A DNA stretch of 64,000 bases, from the NCBI GenBank assembly GCA_002269645.1, contig NIVC01000578.1, forward strand, positions 76,549 to 140,548, given 5' to 3'. A program made the position numbers and the translations under genes. Position 1 is the first letter of the stretch, and every line of letters starts with the position of its first letter. The notes below the pieces were generated by a model. That model had not been told where the DNA came from. It ran no database searches and saw only the letters and a program-made list of their open reading frames with translations. Positions 35,738-48,436 of this stretch are shown piece after piece. Origin of the DNA: Macrostomum lignano. Its lineage: Eukaryota.

Positions 35738-35829
35738 TCCGGCGTTTCCCCCTCCGGCGATTCCCTTTCGACGTTTCCATTCCCTTCCGAAGAAACGCCG
35801 GTAGGGAAACGCCGGAGGGAAGTGCCGGA
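35738..35829. repeat. Short palindromic element with internal ccggcgtttc repeats
   Basis: tccggcgtttccccctccggcgattccct pairs imperfectly with ggtagggaaacgccggagggaagtgccgga. Confidence 0.55.
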
Positions 35830-36835
35830 GAGAAAATGTCCTTAAGCGTCCTTTTGCAAACGATTTGACACGAATGGGAGGCTTTAATATTGAATGGCGT
35901 GCGTACTGGGCGTGCAGCCCTGAAGAGCCTTTTTAGCTAACTGCAAAATTTAACTTATACGAGAATGTTGCAGCCTTTTTATCCTCCAACCAGTAAATAT
36001 AGTAGCCCTACTGTAGGACTCTAGGCTCAGGATGTTGGCTTAGAAAGCTGCAGTTGAAATTTATTGAATTTTCTAGCCGAAAATTGATAAAATTCCACCT
36101 TGCCGAAAATTATTGTTGAGGAATAATTGTGGGCTACTGAAAAAGCTGTATAGATAGCATTATGAAGCTGATAATAAAGTTTGAATTTTACACAAAATTT
36201 TGCGTCTATATTTGTTATAATTGTGCACCTGGCTTAATAAACGCTTTCGATACTACTGGGTGATTTTACATCAATAATGAGTGGGACTAAGTGATGATGT
36301 TCGGGATGATGGGAATGATCAGGGTATTGGACTTTGAGGGGATGCTCAGTTAAAACGGTTTTGAGATGCAGCAATGCTGAAGGGAGTGAGATACAGAATG
36401 ATGCTAAGCGGGAATGATGCTAATGGGGGATGACGTTGAGTGGGAATGATTCTAAGGGGGGATGATGCTGAGAGGAAGTTGCCCTATTGTGTGGAGTTTT
36501 TATCGTTTTATGGAAATTAATAGCAAAGCGCTTTTCACTTACATGGACATTGTTGAATGGGATTCTAGTGAGGTGAGGGATTCTACAAACTGAGATTTTA
36601 CCTTGTTTAAATTACTTTGATTCAGTGCGTGTAATCTTTGCAGACCACAGTGAAAACACTGAAGGATCAAAAAAGCATAGTATACAAAAATTTAGAGGCT
36701 GACATCTTCAAAAAATTGCCATAAGTTTTGTGTAACAACGTACATTGTCACAAACAGAAAAAAACTATAGTCACCATCTGGAAAATTCCGCAGCTAAAGG
36801 GTTTATGCATGGAAAAGCATGTCTGATTTCGTAGA

Positions 36836-39800
36836 TCAAGAAGTGTTGGATGACCCGGTTTCCTTTTCCGAACTCGGCGATCCAGCGGCAATGCTATCGA
36901 TTGAGCAAGGCCTCCCATACCAGTCCCGGACTGCATCCAGCAGCCAACCTCGCAGCACAGCCGTCCTATCGATAACCTTTTGAATTCTTTCTTTCAGTCG
37001 TCGTTTCAACTCGACATCATGGCAGTACAGCGCCGCTGTGACCAGCTCCTGGGCGTCTGCGTCCGCTCGCACAGCCACGTCTCTGATCCAGCCATGAGCT
37101 TCCTCGATGCCCACTTTTAGCTCAATTCGGAGACACTGGAGAAGTGCGTCAAAGTTCACAGAAAAATTTGTGTAATAATTCTCCAGTTGAAAAATTACGC
37201 ATTCAGACATCCGTCTGGAAATGAAGGAATACGTTGGGCGCTGATGCAGTGTGAAGCAAAACTTCCAAGCCGAGTCGGAGTTACAGAGATGTTGCCAAAC
37301 TAGCTCCGTCGCCGAGCTCGAGACTGGCTTCTCAGTCGGCCAAGAGAAACCTCGCCTAACTTTGTGCAATCTGCACCCGATGAGAATATCGGCTGCCGCA
37401 TCCTGGAGGCCAAATTTCAGACACGCAAGGACTCTCAGCGATTCGCGAGCGGTTCGAGCGCAATCGGGCAGTTTTCCTATCAAATCCAGGAGTCCCAGAT
37501 GCGATTTGGAGCTGCAGTCGTAGTCAGACAGGAACATTAGCGCTTCGCGAACAACATCGTAGATCTCGTGGTACTCGATTTTATTTGACTTTGGCGATGG
37601 GTTTTGTGCATGCATGTATGGCAGCACAACAAATGGATGAAAGTAGAACATGTCGCCATCGTTGATTGATCGCAGAGTGCTCATAAACTGTATTACTAGC
37701 TCGTCAAAGTTTTCTGTCAAGTGAGTCAGTGCTCTAGCAATGGTTTCAAGAAAAGCCTTCATCTCCTCTGCTGCTTTCGGTTCCACACCCTTCAGGTACA
37801 GAGCCGTGTCGCAGAGAAAGAAATGGTCTAAAATTTTTCCTTCTCCGTTATTATGCCCGGCGTTTTTCTCAACTGAGTCCCGAAGAATCTTGAGCGACTT
37901 CTTTGTGAGGCTGATAAGATTTTCTGGCCGCCATCGCTCGCGTGGTGTTGTCTCAAGCATTCGGAATGTGGTAGTCTTGACGTGGTATGCCTTCAGTCCT
38001 TGAATATTGTAGGAATCTTTGCTGCTGATAACCTTCTTCACCAGATACTTGAGAATGATAAACAGCTGCCCTTGGACAGTGTTTAGACTTCTCAGAAGAA
38101 GCTTCTCCAGAAATGTTGTGCTGACTCGAAGCTGTCTTCCTGCCTGATTTTGAGGTGCTGCGTGCACCACATGGCAGTGTGTAGAGGCGAGCGCCTGTTC
38201 CAGGGACAGAAGCAGGGACTCTGGAACTTCGGAGTCCACGACTCTGTCCGGCAGCAGCGGCGCAATCGGGGGGTAGCAACAGACCCGACGCGCGTCCACT
38301 AGGTCTACGGCGGGCTTCAACACGGATCCCAACAGCGGTTCGGCAGGATTCGATGCTGTGGGATGGATTTAATTTACAGTTGCATCTCGTAGTTGTGAAA
38401 CAGAGTGTAAAAGCTTTAGTATATGGGTTATTAAAGCAAGCCAATTACCGAAACCAGGGCAAAAAATGTGACCATTGGTGTACTCCACTTGTTCGTCTTC
38501 CACCAAATCGCATCGGCATACGCCCCTAATGTGGTAATCTCTTCCAGAGATAAGCCTCATCACATCAATGTCGGACTCAATGTCTGTCGTGCCATCCAGG
38601 GCGGACAGATTGTTGCCCCAGCTTTCGGAATAGCTTCCCACGACAAATACTTCATTGTCACGCAGGCGCCTTCGCAGAATATCCTGCAAAACGTCTGCGA
38701 CCGCGGCTTGAGCTTTGGCTCGAGATTCCGTAAACCCGGACTGCGATAGGCGCCTGTGTAGAAGCATGCTGAGCTCATTTTCTTTTTGCAGCACCCTGAA
38801 ATGCAAAATTTTAACTGCCTATAGTCTCAAAAAATTCAAAACAAGCAAGTAGAATAGTAAAAAAGTACAATGAAAATTAGCTTCTTTTTGTTGTTTCAAA
38901 TCGAAACGACTTTAAATACGTCAAAACTTTAAATCAGTTTTGACGTATTGCAACTGTTTTAAAACAACTTTATGCTAGAGATCTCTTATAGTTAACATTT
39001 AGCCATGCAGGGTAGCTTCAAGCGCTTGTAAGCCAGGTGTCTCATTGTCGCAATACTGGCTAATTTTCAGTTATTATATATCCCACACAGGACTAAAATG
39101 TTCTTACGCTTTTTCATCTGACTTCAAATCGCAGGAGTCCACTTGAGGTTGACTCGTGGGTGAATCTGGCATCCATTTCTCATCCAGTAAGTTGTTTTGT
39201 TGAGCCACCGCCACGGCACCTGAATTAGCGGCTTCTTGGCCACTTTGCTTGTCTTCGACTAATCGCACAGAGAGTAGTACTTCTTGACCCTGCTGAAGAC
39301 TGCTTTCGGCACCGGCTTCCATTAAGGACTTGACCACCCTTTCGTGACCCTGTACAGCTGCAAAAACCAGTGGAGTTATTCCATTGGCCTGGGTCACATC
39401 AACGTCTGCTTGTGCATCGATTAATTCCGTCACCACCTCCGCACTTCCTTGGTACGAAGCCAAATGTAGAGGAGTTAATCCATCGGCTGACTTGATATCG
39501 ACATTGGCTTGAGCTCTAATCAGCTGTTTTGTGACTCTTAACTCATTCACTTGAGCAGTAGCGTGCAAAGCTGACATCCAATTGCCTCCTATCAAGTCCA
39601 CGTCAGCCGGAGCTTTGATGAGTAAATCAACAGCTTTAGTGTGACCTTGATGCGAAGCGATGAACAATGGAGACTCACCGTCGTTTGACATTGTGTCAAT
39701 GTCTGCTTGAGCTTTGATGAGAGAGTCTGCCACTCTGTCGTGCCCGTTTGCACAGGCAATAAACAGTGGCGTTGCGCCACTAGCTGTCTGGGTGTCCACA

Positions 39801-41074
39801 TGGGCTCCTTCCCTTATGAGAAGATTGACAACCTTTAGATGCCCTTGCTGAGCTGCAATAAAAAGAGGCGTAGCGCCCTCCCGTTGCTGAACGTTCAGTT
39901 CAGCCTTAGCATCAACAAGAGCCTGAGCAATTTTGAAATGACCAATTTGGCATGCGACGTACAGTGGTGATTCGTTGTCAACTTGCCTCAAGTTTACATC
40001 TGCTCTCGATTGGATGAGCAGACTCACCACTTCACTATGTCCGCGGTGAGTGGCAGCTAGCATGCAGGAAACTCCAGAGTTGTCTTGGCTGTTAACATTT
40101 GCTTGGGCCTCAACGAGTGCTTTCACAACTCTATGGTGACCCCGAGACGATGCGATATGAAGCGGTGAAGTACCTGTGCACTCTTGAGTATCGAAGTCTG
40201 CTAGCGCTTTTATTAAGACATTCAAAACTTCGTGATGGCCATTTTGTGATGCAACGTAAGACGGCGACATGCCATTGTGCTTGGAAAGATTAACATCAGC
40301 GCTTGCAGCAATCAGAGCCTGTACAACACGGCGATGTCCATTCTGAGATGCGAGATACAGTGGCGAGCAGCCTTTGGCATCTTGAGAGCTCAAATCAATT
40401 TGAGCCGTCAAAAGTAGCTCCACAACTTTCAAGTGACCCTCCTGCGATGCAATATAGAGAGGTGAAATTCCGACAAGATTAGCCACATTTGCGTCCGCTT
40501 CCGCCTTGACGAGCGCCCGGACGACCTCGTGATGCTGGCCGAATGAAGCAGCGTGCAGCGGAGAAACAAGAACTCCCTTATTGATGCAACGGTCGATGTC
40601 AGCTTGAGCTTCGATGAGGAGTTGAACGATTCCAATATGGCCTTCCTGCGACGCGATATACAGCGGTGATGCGCGAATACCTTCAACTTTATTCACATCG
40701 GCTTGAGCTTTGATTAGCAAGTCTGCTAGGAAGTAATAACCATTCTGAGCAGCAAGGTACAGAGGTGTGCATCCGTCTGAGTCCAATAAATCAATGTCAG
40801 CTTGAGCTTCAATCAGTCGTTTTAGAACTTCAAGCCTACCTATACTGCATGTGAGGTGCAAAGGTGAAAACTGCTCGCCTAGAACAGGTAATTCGACGTC
40901 AAGGTTGTTCCGAGCTTCCAGATAGCGGTCCACAACGGTAAGATTGCCTTCCAAGATCGACCGCATGAATTGCTCGTCCGTCGGATAGGGAACATCAGCC
41001 TCGGGTTGGTCAGGCTCAGAGGCAATCATGAAAATAGTGGCTATCCATTTGATCACTTCTTGTATTAGCGACAT
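36836..41074 (-). CDS. Ankyrin-repeat / cGAS-like (Mab-21, cGLR) nucleotidyltransferase fusion, ~1277 aa
   Basis: Exon 1 41074-39108 (16 clear + 1 degenerate ANK repeats) ends AAA GC|gtaaga (phase 2). Exon 2 tttcag|G GTG CTG 38795-38449 carries GSYSE...SDIDVM and ends TTC G|gtaatt (phase 1). Exon 3 ccacag|CA TCG 38355-36836 carries VDLV, RVSTTFLEK, LK, AYHVKT, W..ENL, DHFF. Confidence 0.8.
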
Positions 41075-41777
41075 GGCCGCTTTTTTAGTTCAAACAGAAA
41101 CCAAGCCTTTCAGTAGTTAATTCTATCAGCATAAGCGCGTTTCTCTGACTCTGTTAGTCGTCGCGAGCTATTCTGTTTACAATCTTTTGCGCGTCAAAAG
41201 CAGCTTAGTCCTATTTTTATTGCAGAGTTGAAGCTACAGTGTGTACTGAAGTTTCTACCCCCAAGCATATGCGCGTGATAATGGCCTCATAAATCTGCCT
41301 GGAAATTCGTAGCATCTAGAAAAGAACAGAATTAAATAGACCCGTCGGGCAAGCCTGCTTCAGTTCACTCGCGTACATTCTTGTGCGCAGCCGGGCGCCT
41401 CCATTGGCTACGAGTTTTGATTCTATGCCGGAATTTGCTAGCTCATTACAAATTTGCATGCTACACACGACCGGTAGTACACCACTATAGCAGCCAGCCA
41501 GCATGGAAGCATACAGTGCGATGATCTTTAAACCATAGGCAGACGGATGGCCGTTTTCATCCACTCTGTCTACGTCCAAGCTAGACGGCATAAAATCAAT
41601 CTCTATGGGCCAGATTCGTTAGATTTGTCACCACAGCCGTTCCCGACGACTAGAGGCCGAAAACGGCCATATAGATCTTATTTACAAGGACTACTGACTA
41701 CTATATATGAATCAGATTAAACATGCCTTTTGAGGGATTTATGAAAATAACTCCCGAAGAAGGCATGTTTTATCTCA

Positions 41778-41919
41778 TATAAACCATAGATAAACTCCGG
41801 GATAATATTAGATAATACCCCGGAGTTATAATATAATCCTGCAAATACAAAAAAGAAGTGTCTATGGCCAAAATGCCTACTAACTGAGAGGTGGGGTCGA
41901 GGGTTATCTATGGTTTATA
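41778..41919. mobile_element. MITE (~140 bp) with 16-bp TIR
   Basis: tataaaccatagataa ... ttatctatggtttata. Further hairpins inside and immediately to the left (41702-41780). Confidence 0.5.
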
Positions 41920-43524
41920 ACCATATTTATAATGAATAGAACTTCTATTCCTTCATCTATATGTATCTAACACACCAATAAGGCAACAATATGTTTTGAA
42001 GTGAAACGAAACCGTCGTTAGCAAGAGGATGGGAGAAATCATCCAGCCTTGGCAGCAACACCCAGATGCACAAGATCTGCATGCCTAAAAATAAGCCCTG
42101 ATGATCGGCAAGCGAGAAGCCCAGCCATGCGACCCTCGCGTGATGCATGAATCTCCTCTGGCCGACGGCTCCTATTGGGCCTTCCACTTTCTTCCCCTAT
42201 TCCTCGTTGCTCGCGTACAGTCTGTTAACTTATAAAATATACTGATTGAAGAGGAAAGATCCTCGCCTGAAGTTTGAGAATGTGACTCTAGATAGAGATC
42301 ACACAGAGAAAGTTACCATCGAGTCCATTGTTCGTTGTCTTCCTGAACTGTTGGCAGAAGTAACGATTATGTGGGAAAAACCCTTATAAATTGTCGTTTC
42401 AGTTTCTCACAGTGAATGATAAAGTACATGCACAGAGTAGATAGTTTACAGTCGATTAACAGCCACCACGAAATAAGAGCCAGGAGACTGTTCTAGACTG
42501 AAAAAATGTTTTCTGTGGCTGCTAGACTGAACGAGTGTGTATTTTACTGAATTTAATGCAGAAAAACAATGCAGTTAATGTGAACTGAGGTTGACTATAA
42601 TAGTATAGTAGTCAAAAGTAGTCAACTAGTCAAAACTAAACTAAAAGTAAAATTCTCGTATAAAGCAGTCCGTATAAATGTATTAAATTAGCGAACAGAC
42701 ACTAAATCTAAGCGAGACTACTATCCGTCGGGAACGGTTATAAGCGCCTAAAACTGCAGTCAAATAGAGATTTCAAGCCACAAATTGAGCTTCGGTAAAC
42801 ATTGAGCCGTTGAAAATCGAAAAAGATCGATAAGAAATTAACGAATTTAAGCTCCGCTAAGGATCAAAATACTTTGTACCGGTCTGTCAATTACCTTACT
42901 GCAAAAGTTACGCTTATGCGTTACACATAGCTAAGTCTTAAGCTACCGAAGTCTGAGGATCTACGTATAAATACAGTAAATAATTAGTCTTTCCAGGTAA
43001 ACCGTGCATGTCTAAGGCCGCTGAAAAGCTGAGGCATAAGCAATGAGCAATAATCAACACGCAAATCGTACTGATGCAACAGGGACAACCGCTTTGCGTT
43101 GCAATAGGTATTGGCCAGATGGGAAGTTTTCAGGATTTTTGGCACAATACGACGCTCGGATAGCGTTATAAGCTTTATAAGCTTTTATAAGCTCTTATAA
43201 GCTATAAGCTATCATAGTACATCCGATATGTGAATATCGTCCGAAATGCAGAAGAAGAATAAAAAATATTTCTCTTCCAGGTTGGTTTACAGTTTTTTTC
43301 AACAAAATGTTTGAAAACCGTTCAAAATACAGTGGTTGCAAAGACCCACTTTCAACATAGCACTGAATAGGGCTTTCACCAATAGGTGTCCGGTAACATT
43401 TCAAGATAAATTAGCTCGGAAAACTTAACACAATTCGCGAGCGTAGGGCCCTTCCATCCTAGATTTCTACACAAATTTACTCAACAATCGCTGAAATTAT
43501 TTAGAGTGCCTGGTATTTGTCCCA

Positions 43525-45972
43525 TCAAGTCTGAGCGTCCCAGCCCCACTCGGGGTGAATGCGGTAGTGCCCCGGGCTTGCTGGCTGCAGCTCTCGCAGA
43601 CGGGCAGGCGCTGGCGTCGGCGCCGTTGCCTTCGCTGCTCTTGACTCCTGCGGCTTCGTGCCGTGCCAGCTGGTGAACTGCCAGCGGTTTGCCCGGCTGC
43701 CGGGGCTGAGCTGCCTGATGTACTTCAGTGTTGTTGTCGCTGGAGTTGTTTCTGAAGAGTTTCTGAAATAGCATACCAGCACATCTAGAATTATCGTCTC
43801 ACATTCGCGACTTTATACAGTTATAACTACTGAGTAACTATGGAAGCCGAGTCATAGATAATGACTATGGTTTTTATGTGAAAAATACGCACTAAATAAA
43901 TCCCGACGAGCTTTAAATGAATGTGCTTAAGTTTTTTAATTCTTTTTGCGTGATCTGTTTTTTTTGCCTTTCGATTTGACGGCGCAAATTCCTTCTATTT
44001 TAGTTATCTACGTTAACGATTGCAGCAACACACTTAGCACTCACTCTGAAGTTCGTGAAAGCAGCTTCGCGGTTGTCTCACCGCCTGGACGCCGCTCTTC
44101 AGCGCTATCAGCATCGCGCGATCCCTTGGCTTGACTGTCTGGCATCAGCCTGAGCGCTCGCCGCACAACGCTGAGCTCTGCTGGCGAGGCATTTTTGGTC
44201 AGCTGCTGGGCTCGAGCCAGCGCGTGCGAGCTGGCGCTGCTGCCACCTGCCTGTTGAATGAGGGGTTGTCGCGTGGTTCACACCTATGAGGGCTACCTGC
44301 AAACTCACAGACTGTGCATTTCATTCCTGACGATTACAAAGTCAGTGTCTCTGTACACTCTGTGTGAGCGTGTGTATGAGTGCCTGTCTGCGTTCAGTAT
44401 CCGCCCGATTGTATGTGCTCACAAGTCAGTGGAATGTGCAAAACTTTCTCAACCGCTGGTTGTGGGGCGATGTCCCAAGGTTTTCCTCAACATGCAGCTT
44501 CCTCAGAACAATTTCCATCTCCTATTCTTAAACTCTTATCATTAGTTTTAATATCTACTAAAGTCTGCGTTTCCTATACTTGCAATCCAATTACAATCAG
44601 AGACACCCTTGTAACCAGGGACGTCGCCATCGGGGGGGAAAGACATGTCCCCGAGTAAAAGCTATGGGGACATGATAAGGCTTTGTCCCCCCACCCCACC
44701 TTGTGATCTGTGATGGAAATCAATAATTTTGCTTCGGGGTGACAAAACATAGCGCCTGCGGCGCCAAAATGATTGCCTGGGGTGCCAAAATGAGCGCTGA
44801 CAACACCGATTCTGAAAATAATGTACATGTAGGAGTTTGTTGTTAAACGAGGGTGGGAAGCCAGGGGCCCCCGCGGATCAGCCCAAGTAGGGCTCTGCCG
44901 CTGGATCTGTCTGTGGGCGATACTACCAGGGGCATATAAGCCCGAGAGGCCACGGTTGGGACCAGGTCTCAAGGCCTGGTGAGATATTGGGGCTACTAGC
45001 TCAAACCTATGGACTAAGACACCGCTGAACAACAGTGGAATCAGGGACGTTGCTAAGATTGAGTCCACCCAAGCCACCCCCAGCAGACAAGTCCCGGGAG
45101 TCGCGCAAAAAGATTGGAGTTTAGAAGCGGTTCGAGAGCGGGGAGACCACGAAGTCTACGGAAAAGGCTTTAGATTGGAGCGAGTCTGGGCAACTTATTT
45201 ACCAAGGGCGAGTCTCCTAACAGGTAGCCCCCCGTACTAAGCCTCCCATAGGGCTGCGAGCCATACTTGTACATGTAGAATTCTTGGCTTTGTCCTCCAC
45301 ACCAAAAATCCATGGCGACGCCCCTATTTGTAACATCAGAACCTGTTGCATTGTCGGCGACTCCAGCTGACAGGCCACATCATCCGCGAGGACTCACCCT
45401 AATGGAGAGAACCTGGGCGTTTCGTCGACTGCCTACTGGCTGACGCCGGCACCCCTGACTCGTTGTTGGCATTGCGTACGTTCGCGCCCAGGTCCAGAGG
45501 CGAGCCCTGTGACGCTGCTCTCTTTTAGCGCTAACTGACAGTGTATAAATTTTTGTTTGAAGTCTTGCATGTACGATAATGTTGCTTACCGTGGTGCCCG
45601 GTAGTTCTGGAAATCGTTGCGTTGCCAGAGCAACTTTTAATGACGATTTGCCTTCGACTTTGGCAGTTGCCTTTGACTGCGGCTTCTGCTCCGCTTTTTT
45701 GTCAGAATTTTCAGCTAAAAGTTTCCGGGATTATGGTTATTTTGGTCTGTAATGGCCTTATTGAATACGATCTTTGAGTAAACATTGGCTCGCTACTCAG
45801 TTGTAATGTTTTTTTTACCGGCGCGTCTTCCGGCCGTCTCGGGTCCAAAGTTGTTCCGAAATTCCTCCTTCAGCTGTTGCCGACGCGCGTTCGGTACGGG
45901 GGCGTCGAACTCCGGTGGCAGCTGCCATTTCACGAATGCAGCGGCACCTGTTGCGAAGGATTGGCTGGCCAT
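43525..45972 (-). CDS. Unknown small multi-exon protein (ends ...PGHYRIHPEWGWDAQT)
   Basis: Phase-consistent exons 45972-45819 (MASQSF..KWQLPPEFDAP..EEFRNNFG), 45714-45590, 44250-44045 and 43762-43525 with GT-AG ends. Use of sequence at 45510-45343 is ambiguous. No family recognised. Confidence 0.5.
44616..45326. mobile_element. hAT-type MITE, 711 bp
   Basis: TIR cagggacgtcgccat / atggcgacgccccta. 8-bp TSD cttgtaac (44608-44615) / tttgtaac (45327-45334), one mismatch. Confidence 0.75.
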
Positions 45973-48069
45973 TTGTGCAGCTGAGGGGCGCCTGCTGCCG
46001 GTCTGGGTGAGCTGTTTCTTGGGTATTCTACACTCGGCAAGCTTCGTTTTTTCAGCTTATTTAAAATGCATACACTGTAGGGTCTATTGATGATGTACAT
46101 TAATTCAAGTTTTCATTTCGTAGCCATTGGACTGAGAGAACGATGTAGATCTGCCCGCTGCAACTAAAGTTGAAATGAAGTGGTGGTACGCGCATTGAGC
46201 TGCAAGTGTGGGCTTTAGTCTGCAAATATAATGTTTATCAGCTACCCCATTGCTCGGGTTGGCTACTAAAGTCTGAGGGATTGCTGTATTGATTTATGCA
46301 GAACTATTCGCTAGAACTATGCGCATGTAGTAAAGATCGGCAAAATAATAAGCGTAGACCTGCTGTCCTTGTGGAAGTGTTGAGACAATGAGGGTGCATT
46401 TTGGGTGACATATCCATTAAATGGCACCATAAAAGTTTTCTGAAGCGTCATTTCCATCGCACAGGGGTTGTGTCCAATTGCAGTGTTATTTCCCCTAAAT
46501 TACATGTAACAGTATACATATACATGTACACGTACGTAACTGAAAGACGTGTGTACATGTACACGTTAATGAGACTGCAGTTCTGCAATAGTATAATATA
46601 TTCATTGCAATTAGAAGTACAATCCTACTCCTGTAAACAACTAGTAGAGAATGTACATGTACAATGCTACATGTTCATTATTCGCAGGGAATTTTTGATG
46701 CTGGGGCACCGACAATTGAAGTAAGCGTACAATGTCTTACAATAGATTGTTCATGTACTCAGTTGCAATAACAAATAATTGCATTGAAGTGCAATGTACG
46801 GTCATCAGTCACGTATGGTCCAACCCAACTCGGTTGAAGAACAAAGGCGAGATTTGCGCTTCCTCATACTTTGGACTTTGGTGGAAATGACGTAGTGGCA
46901 AATGACAAAGGTCTCTACGGAAATCGAGTTTATTCTGATAATTGTATAAATTTATATTTTAAATGTTAATACAAATTGTATTGTCGACTTCTGGGACCTT
47001 AAAGACTTAATTACTCAGTGAGAAAATCGGTTAAAGCATTTCTTTTAGTCAAAAGAGAAAAGAGAATAGAAAGCGCGCAATCAACTAGACACTAGAGTCC
47101 TCAGTAGCTCTTGGAACTTTTCACTGAAGGTTTGATGACGAACTGTCCTCATTTTGAATACAATTTTGAAAAAGCCATTATGCTATTTTTTATAAAAGGC
47201 TACCATCCCTCCTCTTGTCTTGTACGTCAGACGACCAATCTCTAACCAGCAACCTGGTGTGCTTGCATATTTTGTTATGACACATAAACTTAATATTTTT
47301 TTCCTCTGGACGCGCTCAACTCAAATTGTGCAGTTTCTAACAATGGACTTACCATAACTGAGGTGGGGCGGAGAAAAGAAAATAAATGATTTGAGAATTT
47401 GAAAGTTGGGGTTTCCTCGAAACCGGTTAGCGTTGCGTTCGCACGAATGAAGCCGTAAAAATCGCGCAGACGAATCACAACGAAATTCTTCTCCTGTTTT
47501 ACTCCGACAGCCGGGTTCTTAAGTCCGGTGGGGAGGGTAGTCGTAATCGTAGCGGAGCGGTCGTAGAGCGGCGCGGTCGTTCAAAGCGATGAAACACCGT
47601 AAATTCAGACACCGTAAATTTTGCGTCGATTTGCAGAGCTTGTTACTTGTCAGTAGGGTAGTTGCTGCAACCACCGTAATTTACGTATTACGGAACGTTA
47701 ATGGTCTCAGAGCTTTCTTTGAGATGAGAACTTTGGTTATTTTATGCCCCACGGGCAAATGACTTCAAGAAATACTATGGCTTTAGTCAACGGATAAATA
47801 TGGAGTTATTAATTGTCTTTATTATTAAGTGAAGCAGGCTTATTAAGTAAAATTATTATTATTGTTAATCAAACTAACTTGTAATATTAAATTCCAGACG
47901 AGGATAAATTCACGGGCGCCGGTGCGCAAGACTGTTAGAAGATAGAAGTAAAACTCAAGTTGGTAAATGTAATGACAAAACAAAGAGAGAGAAAGCGCGA
48001 AAGTAAAAACACATACTTGGGACGACTCGTCACAAGCAGAATAAATAGGAAATAAAATAGCATGAACAT

Positions 48070-48220
48070 TAATTGGGGGAAACACTGGACAGACTGCTGG
48101 ATTAAAAATACATGGCATGGACACTTCGGGTGGACGGCTTTGTCGCAATGGGGAAAAAGAAGACTTAAACAAATTTCCAACGGAGGGGGAACAAGCCCTG
48201 TCCAAAAGATGGAAGTAATG
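48070..48220 (+). mobile_element. Possible decayed non-LTR retrotransposon C-terminal zinc-knuckle fragment
   Basis: LKIHGMDTSGGRLCRNGEKEDLNKFPTEGEQALSKR loosely resembles LINE CCHC tails; most Cys/His lost. Confidence 0.25.
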
Positions 48221-48436
48221 TTCAGCAGCTGGATGTCCACTTGATGAAAATGAGGAACCAAAAATCACATAGTGGACACGAAAAAAATAATGTTCCTTTT
48301 GCATGCGTTTTAAAAAGTTATTAAATAACTGTTAGTTATTACCGGATAGAAGCGGATAGAGCGAAACTACTAACTCGCGGCAAATCGTCTTTATAAACTT
48401 CTATTTCGAAAACTTTTCCAAATACATAGCTCTATA

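Noticed and set aside
39104-41074. Stand-alone ankyrin gene plus separate Mab-21 gene
   Set aside because: A strong donor overlapping the stop and a phase-matched acceptor 312 nt away favour a fusion; kept only as a possible isoform.
41316-41591. 91-aa ORF upstream of the ANK-cGLR gene as a partner protein
   Set aside because: No recognisable motif, codon bias or splice support.
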